Below, piece after piece: positions 13,258-25,339 of a stretch of 64,000 nt of DNA. The notes below the pieces were generated by a model. The model was not told where the DNA came from. It saw nothing but the letters and a program-made list of their open reading frames with translations, and made no database searches. A program made the position numbers and the translations under genes. Numbering within the stretch: position 1 is the stretch's first letter; each line of letters opens with the position of its first letter. This stretch comes from Octopus sinensis (taxonomy: Eukaryota), in the NCBI RefSeq assembly GCF_006345805.1, contig NC_043026.1:12255579-12319578 (forward strand), given 5' to 3'.

Positions 13258-13574
13258 ACATATATACGACAGGCTTCTTTCATTTTCCGTCTACCAAATC
13301 CACTCACAAGGCATTGGTCGGCCCGGGGCTATAGCAGAAGACACTTGCCCAAGATGCCACGTAGTGGGACTGAACCCGGAACCATGTGGTTGGTTAGCAA
13401 GCTACTTACCACACAGCCACTCCAGCTGATAGTTTTTTTTCTATCAACCCCGAAAGGATGAAAGATAAAGTCGACCTTGGTGGAATTTGAACTCATAATG
13501 TAAAGGTGAATGAAATGCTGTAAAGCATTTTGCCCTGATGAAATAATGATTCTTCCAACTTTATATAATAATAA

Positions 13575-14145
13575 TAATAATAAATGCCCTGACGCAGTAC
13601 CAGGCAGTGGCTCTCATGGCTTCTGAGCTTAACTGATTGGAAGTGTTATCATGTACATTGTTCTGTCTTGGTATAAAAGATGGGCTACAGCAAATATTCT
13701 GCTCAATACCACAGATTTGCTTGTCAGTTGTTTGACCTTAACCAGTTGAGCATGTCCCTTGGTGGCTGACGATATGTGCATCTCTGATCACGAGCAGAAG
13801 TAGTGGGGAAGCATCATAGCCATGTGTTGTGAGGGATTCTTTGGGGTTTGAATAATTCACCTCTGGAAACATGGGTGGTTCTTTCAACATCCTTAAGCAA
13901 CCCTTATTCAGGGACCGTTTGAGCGGGATGGGCTACTCAACCTGAAGAAAATTCTAACTGGGCCCCACCTACAAGGTCATGTGCTGTTTATCTTGATATG
14001 AGATCACCATGTCGCGCACATATGGTTGTGATGCATGTGCCTGGTGTACCTTTATCAGACAGGTAGTCATGATGGGTATATTGGGCTTCGTATATTTTAC
14101 CCCAGTGTCACTTTGATGGCATGCACTGCTCCCTCACTCAATAAT
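13575..14145. mobile_element. About 570-bp interspersed element (family F) inside (AAT)n
   Basis: Flanked by (AAT)n; partial copies at 15825-15935, 57680-57739 plus 58754-58870, and inverted at 63315-63485. Confidence 0.6.
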
Positions 14146-14160
14146 AATAATAATAATAAC

Positions 14161-15027
14161 TAAAACAATACTTGTTGTCATAGGTGCCCTGGGAATGATA
14201 GCAGATTAAAACAATACCTGTTGTCATAGGTGCCCTGGGAATGATAGCAGATTAAAACAATACCTGTTGTCATAGGTGCCTTGGGAATGATAGCAGATTA
14301 AAACAATACCTGTTGTCATAGGTGCCTTGGGAATGATAGCAGATTAAAACAATACCTGTTGTCATAGGTGCCTTGGGAATGATAGCAGATTAAAACAATA
14401 CCTGTTGTCATAGGTGCCTTGGGAATGATAGCAGATTAAAACAATACCTGTTGTCATAGGTGCCCTGGGAATGATAGCAGATTAAAACAATACCTGTTGT
14501 CATAGGTGCCTTGGGAATGATAGCAGATTAAAACAATACCTGTTGTCATAGGTGCCTTGGGAATGATAGCAGATAAAACAATACCTGTTGTCATAGGTGC
14601 CTTGGGAATGATAGCAGATTAAAACAATACCTGTTGTCATAGGTGCCTTGGGAATGATAGCAGATTAAAACAATACCTGTTGTCATAGGTGCCTTGGGAA
14701 TGATAGCAGATTAAAACAATACCTGTTGTCATAGGTGCCTTGGGAATGATAGCAGATTAAAACAATACCTGTTGTCATAGGTGCCTTGGGAATGATAGCA
14801 GATTAAAACAATACCTGTTGTCATAGGTGCCTTGGGAATGATAGCAGATTAAAACAATACCTGTTGTCATAGGGCCTTGGGAATGATAGCAGATTAAAAC
14901 AATACTGTTGTCATAGGTGCCTTGGGAATGATAGCAGATTAAAACAATACCTGTTGTCATAGGTGCCTTGGGAATGATAGCAGATTAAAACAATACCTGT
15001 TGTCATAGGTGCCCTGGGAATGATAGC
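14161..15027 (+). repeat. 46-bp minisatellite, about 19 copies
   Basis: Unit AAAACAATACCTGTTGTCATAGGTGCCTTGGGAATGATAGCAGATT; period checked at 14221/14267/14313. Confidence 0.95.
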
Positions 15028-15340
15028 AAAAGGGGCTGATCACTACCTAACTCAGATACCAGGAAACCCCAAAGTGGCAGAAATTCAAAAGATAGTGCTC
15101 ATGGGAACTGCTCATATCCTACGCAAAATACTTTCTACGTAATCTCAAGTTTTAAAACAAACATACTTTTTGTTTTTTTTTTGTTTTTTTTTGACATTCA
15201 CTAGTACAACACTAAATACAAAACCAAATGTATGGCACACTAGGCATAACAACATCACGGACTTCCAACCTGTTGTCTCTTGAGGTCTCTGGGTGAGACT
15301 TGGAGACAACTTGTGCAAATGTAAAGCAAAAGTCAAACAT
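14985..15340 (+). mobile_element. R4/Dong-like (RLE) non-LTR retrotransposon 3' end
   Basis: KTIPVVIGALGMIAKGADHYLTQIPGNPKVAEIQKIVLMGTAHILRKILST* (stop 15140-42), then a 3' UTR ending in (AAT)n; a second 3' UTR copy lies at about 15560-15695. Confidence 0.7.
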
Positions 15341-15341
15341 A

Positions 15342-15380
<39 letters not shown>

Positions 15381-15758
15381 TAATAATAATAATAATAATA
15401 ATAACAATAACAATAATAATAATAATAATAATAATAACAATAACAATAATAATAATAATAATAATAATATATGTAATCCCAAGGTTTAAAACAAACTTTT
15501 TTTTATTTTAGTTTTTTTTATTTTTAATTTTTTTTAATTAAAAATTTTTTTTTTATGTATTAGACATTCACTAGTACAACACCAAAAAAACCCCCCAAAT
15601 ATATGGCACAGAACTTCCAACCTGTTGTCTCTTGAGGTCTCTGGGTGAGACTTGGAGCCAACTTGTACAGACATAAAGCAAAAGTCAAACATAGAATATT
15701 AATAATAATAATGATGATAATGATAATAATAATAATAATAATAATAATGATGATAATG

Positions 15759-15827
<69 letters not shown>

Positions 15828-16327
15828 TCCCTGATGCAGTACCAGGAAGTGGCTCTCATGGCTCCTGATCTTAACTGATTGAGAGTGTTATCATGTACAT
15901 TGTTTTGTCTTGGTATAAAGGATGGGCTACGGCTTTCTGTCATGATCAATGCAACGATCACACGCTACACACCTTCCTTCCAAGCACTGCTGTAGTCAGT
16001 GGAAGTGAGCTAGGACGTTAAAACTTAGCTTCGTTACTCAGGCAACAGTCCAAATACTTATTGATCAGACCTCGTATATATATTGATTAAATGTTTTATT
16101 TGTCACAATTTTGTTAAATGTCTGTACCCGTGACTTATTTATTATCACAGAGAAGGAGATCTTGATATGGAACTGAACTCATTCTGAAAGGAAAGGAAGA
16201 TTAAAATCATATGAGGTAATACAAAGTGCATCTATTTTGAAACGGCTGTAAGGCAATTATTCTTGAGGCTGACACATCTTACACGTTTTCATTCTCTCTC
16301 TCTTTTTAGCTAATGTCATCTATCATT

Positions 16328-16733
16328 ACTCTTTACTCTCTTTTACTTGTTTCAGTCATTTGACTGTGGCCATGCTGGAGCACCGCCTTTAATCGAGCAA
16401 CTCGACCCCGGGACTTATTCTTTTGTAAGCCCAGTACTTATTCTATCGGTCTCTTTTGCCGAACCGCTAAGTTACGGGGGGACGTAAACACACCAGCATC
16501 GGTTGTCAAGCAATGCTAGGGGAACAAACACAGACACACAAACACACACACATGCATATATATATACATATATATGACGGGCTTCTTTCAGTTTCCGTCT
16601 ACCAAATCCACTCACAAGACTTTGGTCGGCCCGAGGCTATAGTAGAAGACACTTGCCCAAGGTGTCACGCAGTGGCACTGAACCTGGAACCATGTGGTTG
16701 GTAAACAAGCTACTTACCACACAGCCACTCCTG
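16328..16733 (-). mobile_element. SINE family A, near full length
   Basis: Family A head to (GAGTAA)n tail. Confidence 0.85.
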
Positions 16734-16744
16734 TGCCCCTGTGC

Positions 16745-16813
<69 letters not shown>

Positions 16814-16954
16814 ATCATCATCGTCATTTAACGTCTGTTCTCCATGCTAGCATGGGTTGGACGGTTCGACCGGGGTTCTGGGAAGCCAGAAGGCTGCACC
16901 AGGCTCCAGTCTAATTTGGCAATGTTTCTACAGCTGGATGCCCTTCCTAACGCC

Positions 16955-16987
<33 letters not shown>

Positions 16988-17289
16988 CACATATATACGA
17001 CAGGCTTCTTTCAGTTTCCGTCTACCAAATCCACTCACAAGGCATTGGTCGGCCCGAGACTATAGTAGAAGACACTTGCCCAAGGTGCCGCGCAGTGGGA
17101 CTGAACCCGGAACCATGTGGTTGGTAAACAAACTACTTACCACACAGCCACTCCTGCGCCTATTGTCCATTGTCCATATTTTATAAACAAATGTTTAAAT
17201 GTTTTGATTGAGCAGACGATAATTAATTGCATTAAAGCTCATACGTTAAGCGATTATATTTTAAAAACTAAAAATACGTAAACAAACTA

Positions 17290-18022
17290 CACCTGTTCCT
17301 TCTCGAGCCATGCCAGGCTCAGAAGTGTCGGTTTCCTAGTTTCAGTGGCGTAGAAATTCCCCACCTGGATGAGAAGCCAGTCCATCGCAGCGTTACTCAT
17401 TTTTGCCAGCTGAGTGAACTGGAGCAACGTGAAATGAAGTGTTTTGCTCAAGAACACAACGCGTCGCCCGGTCCAGGAATCGAAATCACAATCTTACGAT
17501 CATGATGCTGGCACCCTAACCACTAAGCCACGCACTTCCACTAAAAAGCCTAGTCAGGTTCACGGGCCCGGTTTCCCGGTTTCTATGGCGTATGTGTTCC
17601 CCAGCTGGACGGGACGCCAGTCCATCGCAGGGTAACTCATTTTTGCCAGCTGAGTGGACTGGAGCAACGTGAAAACGAAGTGTTTTGCTCAAGAACACAA
17701 CACATTGCCCGGTCCAGGAATCGAAACCACAATCTTACGATCATGATGCTGACACCCTAACCACTAAGCCACGCACTTCCACTAAAAAGCCTAGTCAGGT
17801 TCACGGGCCCGGTTTCCCGGTTTCTATGGTGTATGTGTTCCCCAGCTGGACGGGACGCCAGTCCATCGCAGCGTTACTCATTTTTGCCAGCTGAGTGGAC
17901 TGGAGCAACATGAAATGAAGTGTTTTGCTCAAGAACACAACGCGTCGCCCGGTCCAGGAATTGAAACCACAACCTTACGATCATGAGTTTGAAACCCTAA
18001 CCACTAAGCCATGCGCCTCCAC
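17290..18022 (-). mobile_element. tRNA-derived SINE family D, three tandem copies (period about 241 bp)
   Basis: GGCTTAGTGGTTAGGG head, TTTCGATTCC B-box-like motif, CORE-like GTTCTTGAGCAAAACACTT...CACTCAGCTG, then GATGGACTGGCGTCCCGTCCAG. Confidence 0.8.
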
Positions 18023-18142
18023 TGCACACTGTTCGCTGTCCAACCAGCGACATAGACTGAAATATTTTCCAATACATTTCTTTCATTTCACTTCAGTTCA
18101 GCGGACTATCTATTTGTATATGTATAATTATATTTCTGGAAT

Positions 18143-18623
18143 TACGGAGATGTACTTGCATAGCAAGTGACCTGATCTGAGATCATGTGCTGGAACGAAA
18201 ACAATTGCAGCATGGAAGGTGTTTATAAGCCATTTAAGAAACACACAAAAACTGTTAGATTCACTTCAACATTTAAATTTAATTTGCCAAAATATTTTCG
18301 TCGCTTTGAGACCGCGATCTGTTCACTGACAAAACTTCATGCTGCATTAAATTTAAATGTTGAAGAGAATCTAACGGTTTTTGTGTGTTTCTTAAATGGC
18401 TTATAAACACCTTCCACGCTGCAGCACGAAGTTTTGTCAATGAACAGGTCGTGGTCTCAAAGCGACGGAAACATTTTGACAAATTAAACTTAAATGTTGA
18501 AGAGAATCTAACGGTTTTTGTGTGTTTCTTAAATGGCTTACAAACGCCTTCCACGCTGCAATTGTTTTCGTTTCAGCACACAATCTCAGATCAAGTCACT
18601 TGCTAGGCAAGTACATCTCCGTA
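18143..18623. mobile_element. Palindromic MITE-like element with possible TA target duplication
   Basis: TA-CGGAGATGTACTTGC...GCAAGTACATCTCCG-TA; long imperfect TIRs and internally rearranged modules. Confidence 0.65.
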
Positions 18624-18769
18624 ATCTTTAAAAGTTGATAAATATTGATGATGTATTTGGTGATCCTTTGATGCCAATGTCTTCAGATAATCTGAAATAG
18701 GAACAAAAGTATAAGATATGGAAGATACTATTTTACTAGATTATTTTTATACAGATAAACTATATAGAC

Positions 18770-19575
18770 AATTGCAGCGTGGAAGGTGTTTGTAAGCCAT
18801 TTAAGAAACACACAAAAGCCGTTCGATTCACTTCAACATTTAAGTTTAATTTGTCAAAATATTTTCGTCGCTTTGAGACCGCGACCTGTTCACTGACAAA
18901 AATCCATGCTGAATAAGGTTTATATATATATAGACAATTGCAGCGTGGAAGGTGTTTATAAGCCATTTAAGAAACACACAAAAGCCGTTCGATTCACTTC
19001 AACATTTAAGTTTAATTTGTCAAAATATTTTCGTCGCTTTGAGACCGCGACCTGTTCACTGACAAAAATCCATGCTGAATAAGGTTTATATATATATAGA
19101 CAATTGCAGCGTGGAAGGTGTTTATAAGCCATTTAAGAAACACACAAAAGCCGTTCGATTCACTTCAACATTTAAGTTTAATTTGTCAAAATATTTTCGT
19201 CGCTTTGAGACCGCGACCTGTTCACTGACAAAAGTTCGTGCTGCATTAAACTTAAATGTTGAAGAGAATCTAACGGTTTTTGTGTGTTTCTTAAATGGCT
19301 TATAAACATCTTCCATGCTACAGCACGAAGCTTTGTCAGTGAACAGGTTGCGGTCTCAAAGCGACGAAAATATTTTGACAAATTAAACTTGAATGTTGAA
19401 GTGAACCTAACAGTTTTTGTGTGTTTCTTAAATGGCTTACAAACACCTTCCACGCTGCAATTGTTTTTACTATATTACTGTATTTGCATAACTTTTGATA
19501 TAATGATGGGCTCACCTCTCTACCACCTGTCTGTCTGTCTAAGAAACTATCGTATCTATCTTCCCTTCTGCTGAA
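18770..19575. repeat. Tandem plus inverted array of the same MITE internal module
   Basis: Three direct units of about 160 bp (CAATTGCAGCGTGGAAGG...) followed by inverted units; the right part recurs at 40525-40680. Confidence 0.7.
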
Positions 19576-19812
19576 ATGTGTACCTGCTTACCTTCATAAT
19601 ACCGATAAACATCTAAAGCCTAAGAAAAAGAAAATAACAGCGACTGTGACAAATTAAATAGATCCAACAAAAGTGTACCTTCCGCAGCCATCGTCTTCTA
19701 AATGTTTTGCGTTCTTGTCCCAGTTTGTATTTTTATATATATATATATATAGCAGCATACGTACCCTCTCTCTTATATGTAAGTACACATTTATATATAT
19801 ATATATATTTAA

Positions 19813-20133
19813 AAGACTCCGTCGGTTACGACGATGAGGGTCCCAGCTGATACGATCAACGGAACAGCTTGCTCATGAAATTAACGTGCAAATGGCTGAG
19901 CATTCCACAGGCACGTGTACCCATAACGTAGTTCTCGGGGATATTCAGCGTGACACAGAGAGTGACAAGGCTGACCCTTTGACATACAAGTACAACTCAT
20001 TTTTGCCAGCTCAGTGGACTGGAGCAACGTGAAATGAAGTGTCTTGCTCAAGGACACAACGCGTCGCCGGGAATCGAACTCACAACCTTACGATCATGAG
20101 CCGAATGCCCTAACCACTAAGCCACGCGCCGTC
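19813..20133 (-). mobile_element. Chimeric SINE: family D head/core plus family B tail
   Basis: 5' part matches family D; 3' part matches the B tail ending CGTCGTAACCGACGGAGT. Confidence 0.7.
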
Positions 20134-20184
20134 ACTATATATATATAGCAGCATACGTACCCTCTCTCTTATATGTAAGTACAC

Positions 20185-20216
<32 letters not shown>

Positions 20217-20222
<6 letters not shown>

Positions 20223-20478
20223 TTATATATGCACTGTATGTAATAAATAGTTTCTAAGCACCTATGATACCCTTAGCCACATTTGATGCCAGTTATAGTT
20301 TTCCTTTCTGGTAACACATTGTACATGGCTGTCTATATTAATTTATATATATATATATATATTTATTTATATATGCACTGTATGTAATAAATAGTTTCTA
20401 AGCACCTATGATACCCTTAGCCACATTTGATGCCAGTTATAGTTTTCCTTTCTGGTAACACATTGTACATGGCTGTCT

Positions 20479-20511
<33 letters not shown>

Positions 20512-20790
20512 TTATTATATATGCACTGTATGTAATAAATAGTTTCTAAGCACCTATGATACCCTTAGCCACATTTGATGCCAGTTATAGTTTTCCTTTC
20601 TGGTAACACATTGTACATGGCTGTCTATATTAATTTATATATATATATATATATATTTATTTATATATGCACTGTATGTAATAAATAGTTTCTAAGCACC
20701 TATGATACCCTTAGCCACATTTGATGTCAGTTATAGTTTTCCTTTCTGGTAACACATTGTACATGGCTGTCTATATTAATTTATATATAT
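20217..20790. repeat. Four tandem units of 144-148 bp separated by variable (AT)n
   Basis: GCACTGTATG occurs at 20231, 20375, 20523 and 20669. Confidence 0.9.
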
Positions 20791-21144
20791 ATATATATAT
20801 ATAATAAAATATTAGGGAATAAATCCAAACTTACAGGGAAAAATCAGATTTAGGATTAAATCCAATTTTATAGTAAAATATTATATTATATTAAATTAGA
20901 GATAAAACCACTATTAGGCAAATCAAACAATGAAAAACTTAAGCCAATACATAAAATTAATTAATTTATATTATTTTAAATATATATCAAAAGTATTAAT
21001 TAATTTTATGTATTGGCTTAAGTTTTTCATTGTTGATTTGCCTAATAGTGGTTTTATGTCTAATGTAATATAATATATATATATAGCAGCATACGTACCT
21101 CTCTCTTATATATATTATAAGTACACATTTATATATAAGTACAC

Positions 21145-21240
<96 letters not shown>

Positions 21241-21776
21241 ATATAATATATATATTTAACCTAACTTCTGGACTTATTTAATTGGAACTATTCAAACAAT
21301 AGAATAGAGAAAGAAAAAAAATGGAAGATAAAAAAAAAAAATTGAAAGACAAAAAATATTGTTCAGCCAGTTTGGTTCAAGGGTGATGGTCCAAGTAAGT
21401 ACACAAAACATTAGTCTTTTTTTCTTGTTCTTTTTCTTGTTGTTGTGTTTGTTGCTTTTGCTGTTTCCTCTTATATCTTCTATTTTGTGTTGTATCTCCT
21501 ATCTATTCATACAGCAACTTGTTGAATGGAAACAATTGCATCACCTTCAAATATTCTTCTAGAGTTCACAGTACAGTTTTCATGAACACGCTTCAACAAC
21601 ACAGTGTAGTTGCATCCCTCCTGTTCCTGTCGGTCGCTTCTTTTCCCAAAATAAAGACTTATCAACTCTGTATATACGCATGAATATATACATGCGTATG
21701 TATTCTTATTACTGCTTTGGCTGCATTTTTATGAATATGATGAATCTTTTACTAGAAATCATTTTTCCTACATATG

Positions 21777-21871
<95 letters not shown>

Positions 21872-21872
21872 G

Positions 21873-21903
<31 letters not shown>

Positions 21904-21906
21904 GTA

Positions 21907-21944
<38 letters not shown>

Positions 21945-21945
21945 G

Positions 21946-21992
<47 letters not shown>

Positions 21993-22064
21993 TGTTTGTT
22001 TGTACTCCACCTGCCTTCATCTTTTGTTTATTTTCGTAAAGCTTCCTGTTATATATATATATAT

Positions 22065-22096
<32 letters not shown>

Positions 22097-22099
22097 GAT

Positions 22100-22555
22100 A
22101 TAAAATAAATATAAGAGAGTGGTCACTATATGGCTCACTCTAGCACAGTTAATCCAAAAGGTTTCAACCACAAAAATACATGTTTCCCATGAAAGTCAGT
22201 ACGATTGTTAGCTCACACGGACAGGGCAAATAAAAAATAACAAAAATACAGATTATTTTGGGACAATTGTTTCGCTATTAATGAATTAAATGTAATTTTA
22301 CTTACAAAAAAATCCACTTGTAGCTCGTCAGCCAAAACTATCTGGATGAAATCCATTTAATACATTTAATTCATTAATAGCGAAACAATTGTCCCAAAAT
22401 AATCTGTATTTTTGTTATTTTTTATTTGCCCTGTCCGTGTGAGCTAACAATCGTACTGACTTTCATGGGAAACATGTATTTTTGTGGTTGAAACCTTTTG
22501 GATTAACTGGTGCTAGAGTGAGCCATATAGTGACCAGTCTCTTATATTTATTTTG
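22100..22555. repeat. Fold-back element with arms of about 195 bp (Penelope pLTR-like)
   Basis: 22100-22293 is a near-perfect reverse complement of 22361-22555; the left end abuts (TA)n. Confidence 0.9.
22256..22337 (-). ncRNA. Minimal type I hammerhead ribozyme
   Basis: On -: TTTTGG CTGACGA GCTA-(41 nt)-TAGC GAAAC AATT GTC CCAAAA; 6-bp stem I, palindrome ACAATTGT, GUC cut between 22262 and 22261. Confidence 0.88.
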
Positions 22556-22736
22556 TAAAAATATTATAATATATTATAAAATATTATAATAATCCAGGTT
22601 TCTCGGAGCACTAGGCCACTTGGTGTTGAATAGATATACTATTAAATTAGTATCTAATTCTCTCACCCTTATTAATTAATTATATATATATATGTATATT
22701 ATATATATATATGTATATAAATATATATATATATAT

Positions 22737-22868
<132 letters not shown>

Positions 22869-23246
22869 TATATATATAATACATATATGTCTCACTTGTT
22901 TTTTTTAGAATGGCGGTGCCCCAGCATGGCCACAGCTCATGAGCTGAAACTAGATAAAATGAAAAAAATGAAAATGATATAATCTGTGAACAAATATTTT
23001 ATTTTTCTATATATTTCTATGTCTTTTCCTTTCTAACAAAAAAAAACAAAAAACATATTCAGTTATAAAAATTAAAATTTTATAAAAATTATAAAAATTA
23101 TGAAGATTAAAATTGAAATAAAAATGACAATAATAGAGACTTTAAATTCATCTTCTTTTCTGCATATGTGTATGCTTATGCCTCGCCATGTTGATTCGTT
23201 AGCTCCTGCACGCATTTTTTTTCTCTCCTTGTTTCTTTTCTGTGTA

Positions 23247-23284
23247 TCTTTCTGTTGAAGAGCGTTGGCTCGAAACGTAAAAGA
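23247..23284 (+). ncRNA. Hammerhead-like fold with a variant core
   Basis: TCTTT CTGTTGAA GAGC-GTTG-GCTC GAA ACGT A AAAGA; stems I and II are perfect, the core deviates from CUGANGA. Confidence 0.5.
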
Positions 23285-23446
23285 CTTGTTTTATTTCTAT
23301 TCCTGAGCAGCATACTAATACAATTGTTTGTTTGTACTCCACCTGCTTTTGTCTTTTGTTTATTTTCGTAAAGCTTCCTGTTATATGTATTTGTACATTG
23401 TGCATACGTATATGTATATATAATATATATATATACATATAAATAC

Positions 23447-23484
<38 letters not shown>

Positions 23485-23915
23485 AATTGAGATAGGGGTT
23501 GTAAATGCAACCCTCCATGGGATAACATATATCCAATATACTGCTAGTGAAGTACCCAACAAAGTTAATACATAAATGTTAAGGATTGCGATGCAATCAA
23601 TTCATTTACTGTATTATATGGGCAAAGGTAAATACAAGATAAGAAAATGGAGAAATACATCTAAATCGAATATCAATTACCAGATAATACTCAATCACAT
23701 ACTTTATTAAACCACCACATAAGAGACTGTAGGGTTAAACATAAAAAAGCAGAACAAATCAGTGTACATACAGTAGTGTACATAAAAAAGTGTACATAAA
23801 AGAGTAATGTTGTATAATATAAGAGTAATGTTGTATAATTGATATTTGATTTAGATGTATTTCTCCATTTTCTTATCTTATATATATATATATGTATATA
23901 TAAATATATAACTAC

Positions 23916-24010
<95 letters not shown>

Positions 24011-24119
24011 AGTTCAGCGAAAATTTAGATTCAAATGAATATGGCACTTAATTTAGATGCACCAGAATTCTGTATGGTGTTATCCATAAAAATCCGTGGG
24101 GTGATTATACTCAAAATAA

Positions 24120-24280
24120 GCAACAAGAATGACTCCGGTAATTTGGTACGATCGTTTCATACTAAATCATTTTATTAAATGTTGTAAAACTGTTGTAATA
24201 CTTACAACATTTAATAAAATGATGTAGTACGAAACGATCGTACCAAATTACCGGAGTCATTCTTGTTGCTTATTTTGATT
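24120..24280. repeat. Fold-back of the 3' half of the 5.5-kb hammerhead family
   Basis: The right arm carries AGTACGAAACGATCGTACCAAATTACCGGAGTCAT and the left arm its reverse complement with two changes; the CTGATGA half is absent; (TA)n lies at the right end and about 110 bp to the left. Confidence 0.85.
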
Positions 24281-24302
24281 ATATATATATATATATATAT
24301 AT

Positions 24303-24682
24303 ACTCTTTTACTCTTTTACTTGTTTCAGTCATTTGACTGCGGCCATGCTGGAGCACCGCCTTTAGTCAAGCAAATCGACCCCGGGACTTATTCTTTGTA
24401 AGCCCAGTACTTATTCTATCGGTCTCTTTAGCCGAACCGCTAAGTGATGGGGACGTAAACACACCAGCATCGGTTGTCAAGCAATGCTAGGGAGATAAAC
24501 ACAGACACACACACATACATATATACGACGGGCTTCTTTCAGTTTCCGTCTACCAAATCCACTCACAAGGCATTGGTCGGCCCGGGGCTATAACAGAAGA
24601 CACTTGCCCAAGGTGCCATACAGTGGGACTGAACCCGGAACCATGTGGTTGGTTAGCAAGCTACTTACCACACAGTCACTGC
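24303..24682 (-). mobile_element. SINE family A, full length
   Basis: Family A head to (GAGTAAAA)n tail. Confidence 0.85.
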
Positions 24683-24711
24683 TGTGTATATAATGTATTA
24701 TATATATATAA

Positions 24712-25052
24712 ATAAAATACAGTGTACATTTAAACACATAAGGTGTCCATCATAGGACTCCCTTATGCTAGAAGGAACAGCTAAAGTCCAAACCACTAAT
24801 TAGGTATAAAATTTCGAAGGGAATGAAAAATAAAAAAGCATTTACCATTTATTTGCTGGACAATTAAATTACTTTATTTGCTAAAAAAAGTCTGAAACCA
24901 TGCTCCAGGAAATTGATGGTAAATGTTTTTATCTTCCATTCCCTTCGAAATTTTATCCCTAATTAGTGGTTTGGACTTTAGCTGTTCCTTCTAGCATAAG
25001 AGAGTCCTATGATGGACACCTCTTATGTGTTTAAATGTACACCGTATTTTAT
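24712..25052. repeat. Inverted repeat with arms of about 150 bp
   Basis: AATAAAATACAGTGTACATTTAAACACATAAG... versus ...CTTATGTGTTTAAATGTACACCGTATTTTAT. Confidence 0.85.
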
Positions 25053-25339
25053 ATGAATAATATATAATCTATTGACTAATTTTTCTATACGCTAGGCCAC
25101 TGGTAGTAAAAATTTCTAAAATCTTTATTACCCTGATATTATTAATTATACATATGGATTACTGAAATGAACTTACCAAGGCTATATATATATAAATTTT
25201 AAATTTTATTACCAAATCCCCAAATCCATGTGTATATACATATAGATTTAGGATAAACAATAATAAATATAAGAATAGAAAAAATAGAATATATGATAAC
25301 GCCTATAATAATTATTGAGGTGATGTTAACCTCGGAACG

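Noticed and set aside
14161-15027. CRISPR-like regular repeat
   Set aside because: There are no unique spacers, the context is eukaryotic, and the unit derives from LINE coding sequence.
17950-18022. tRNA genes at SINE heads (families A-D)
   Set aside because: A/B-box-like motifs are present, but I could not fold a complete cloverleaf, and each continues into a repeated SINE body.
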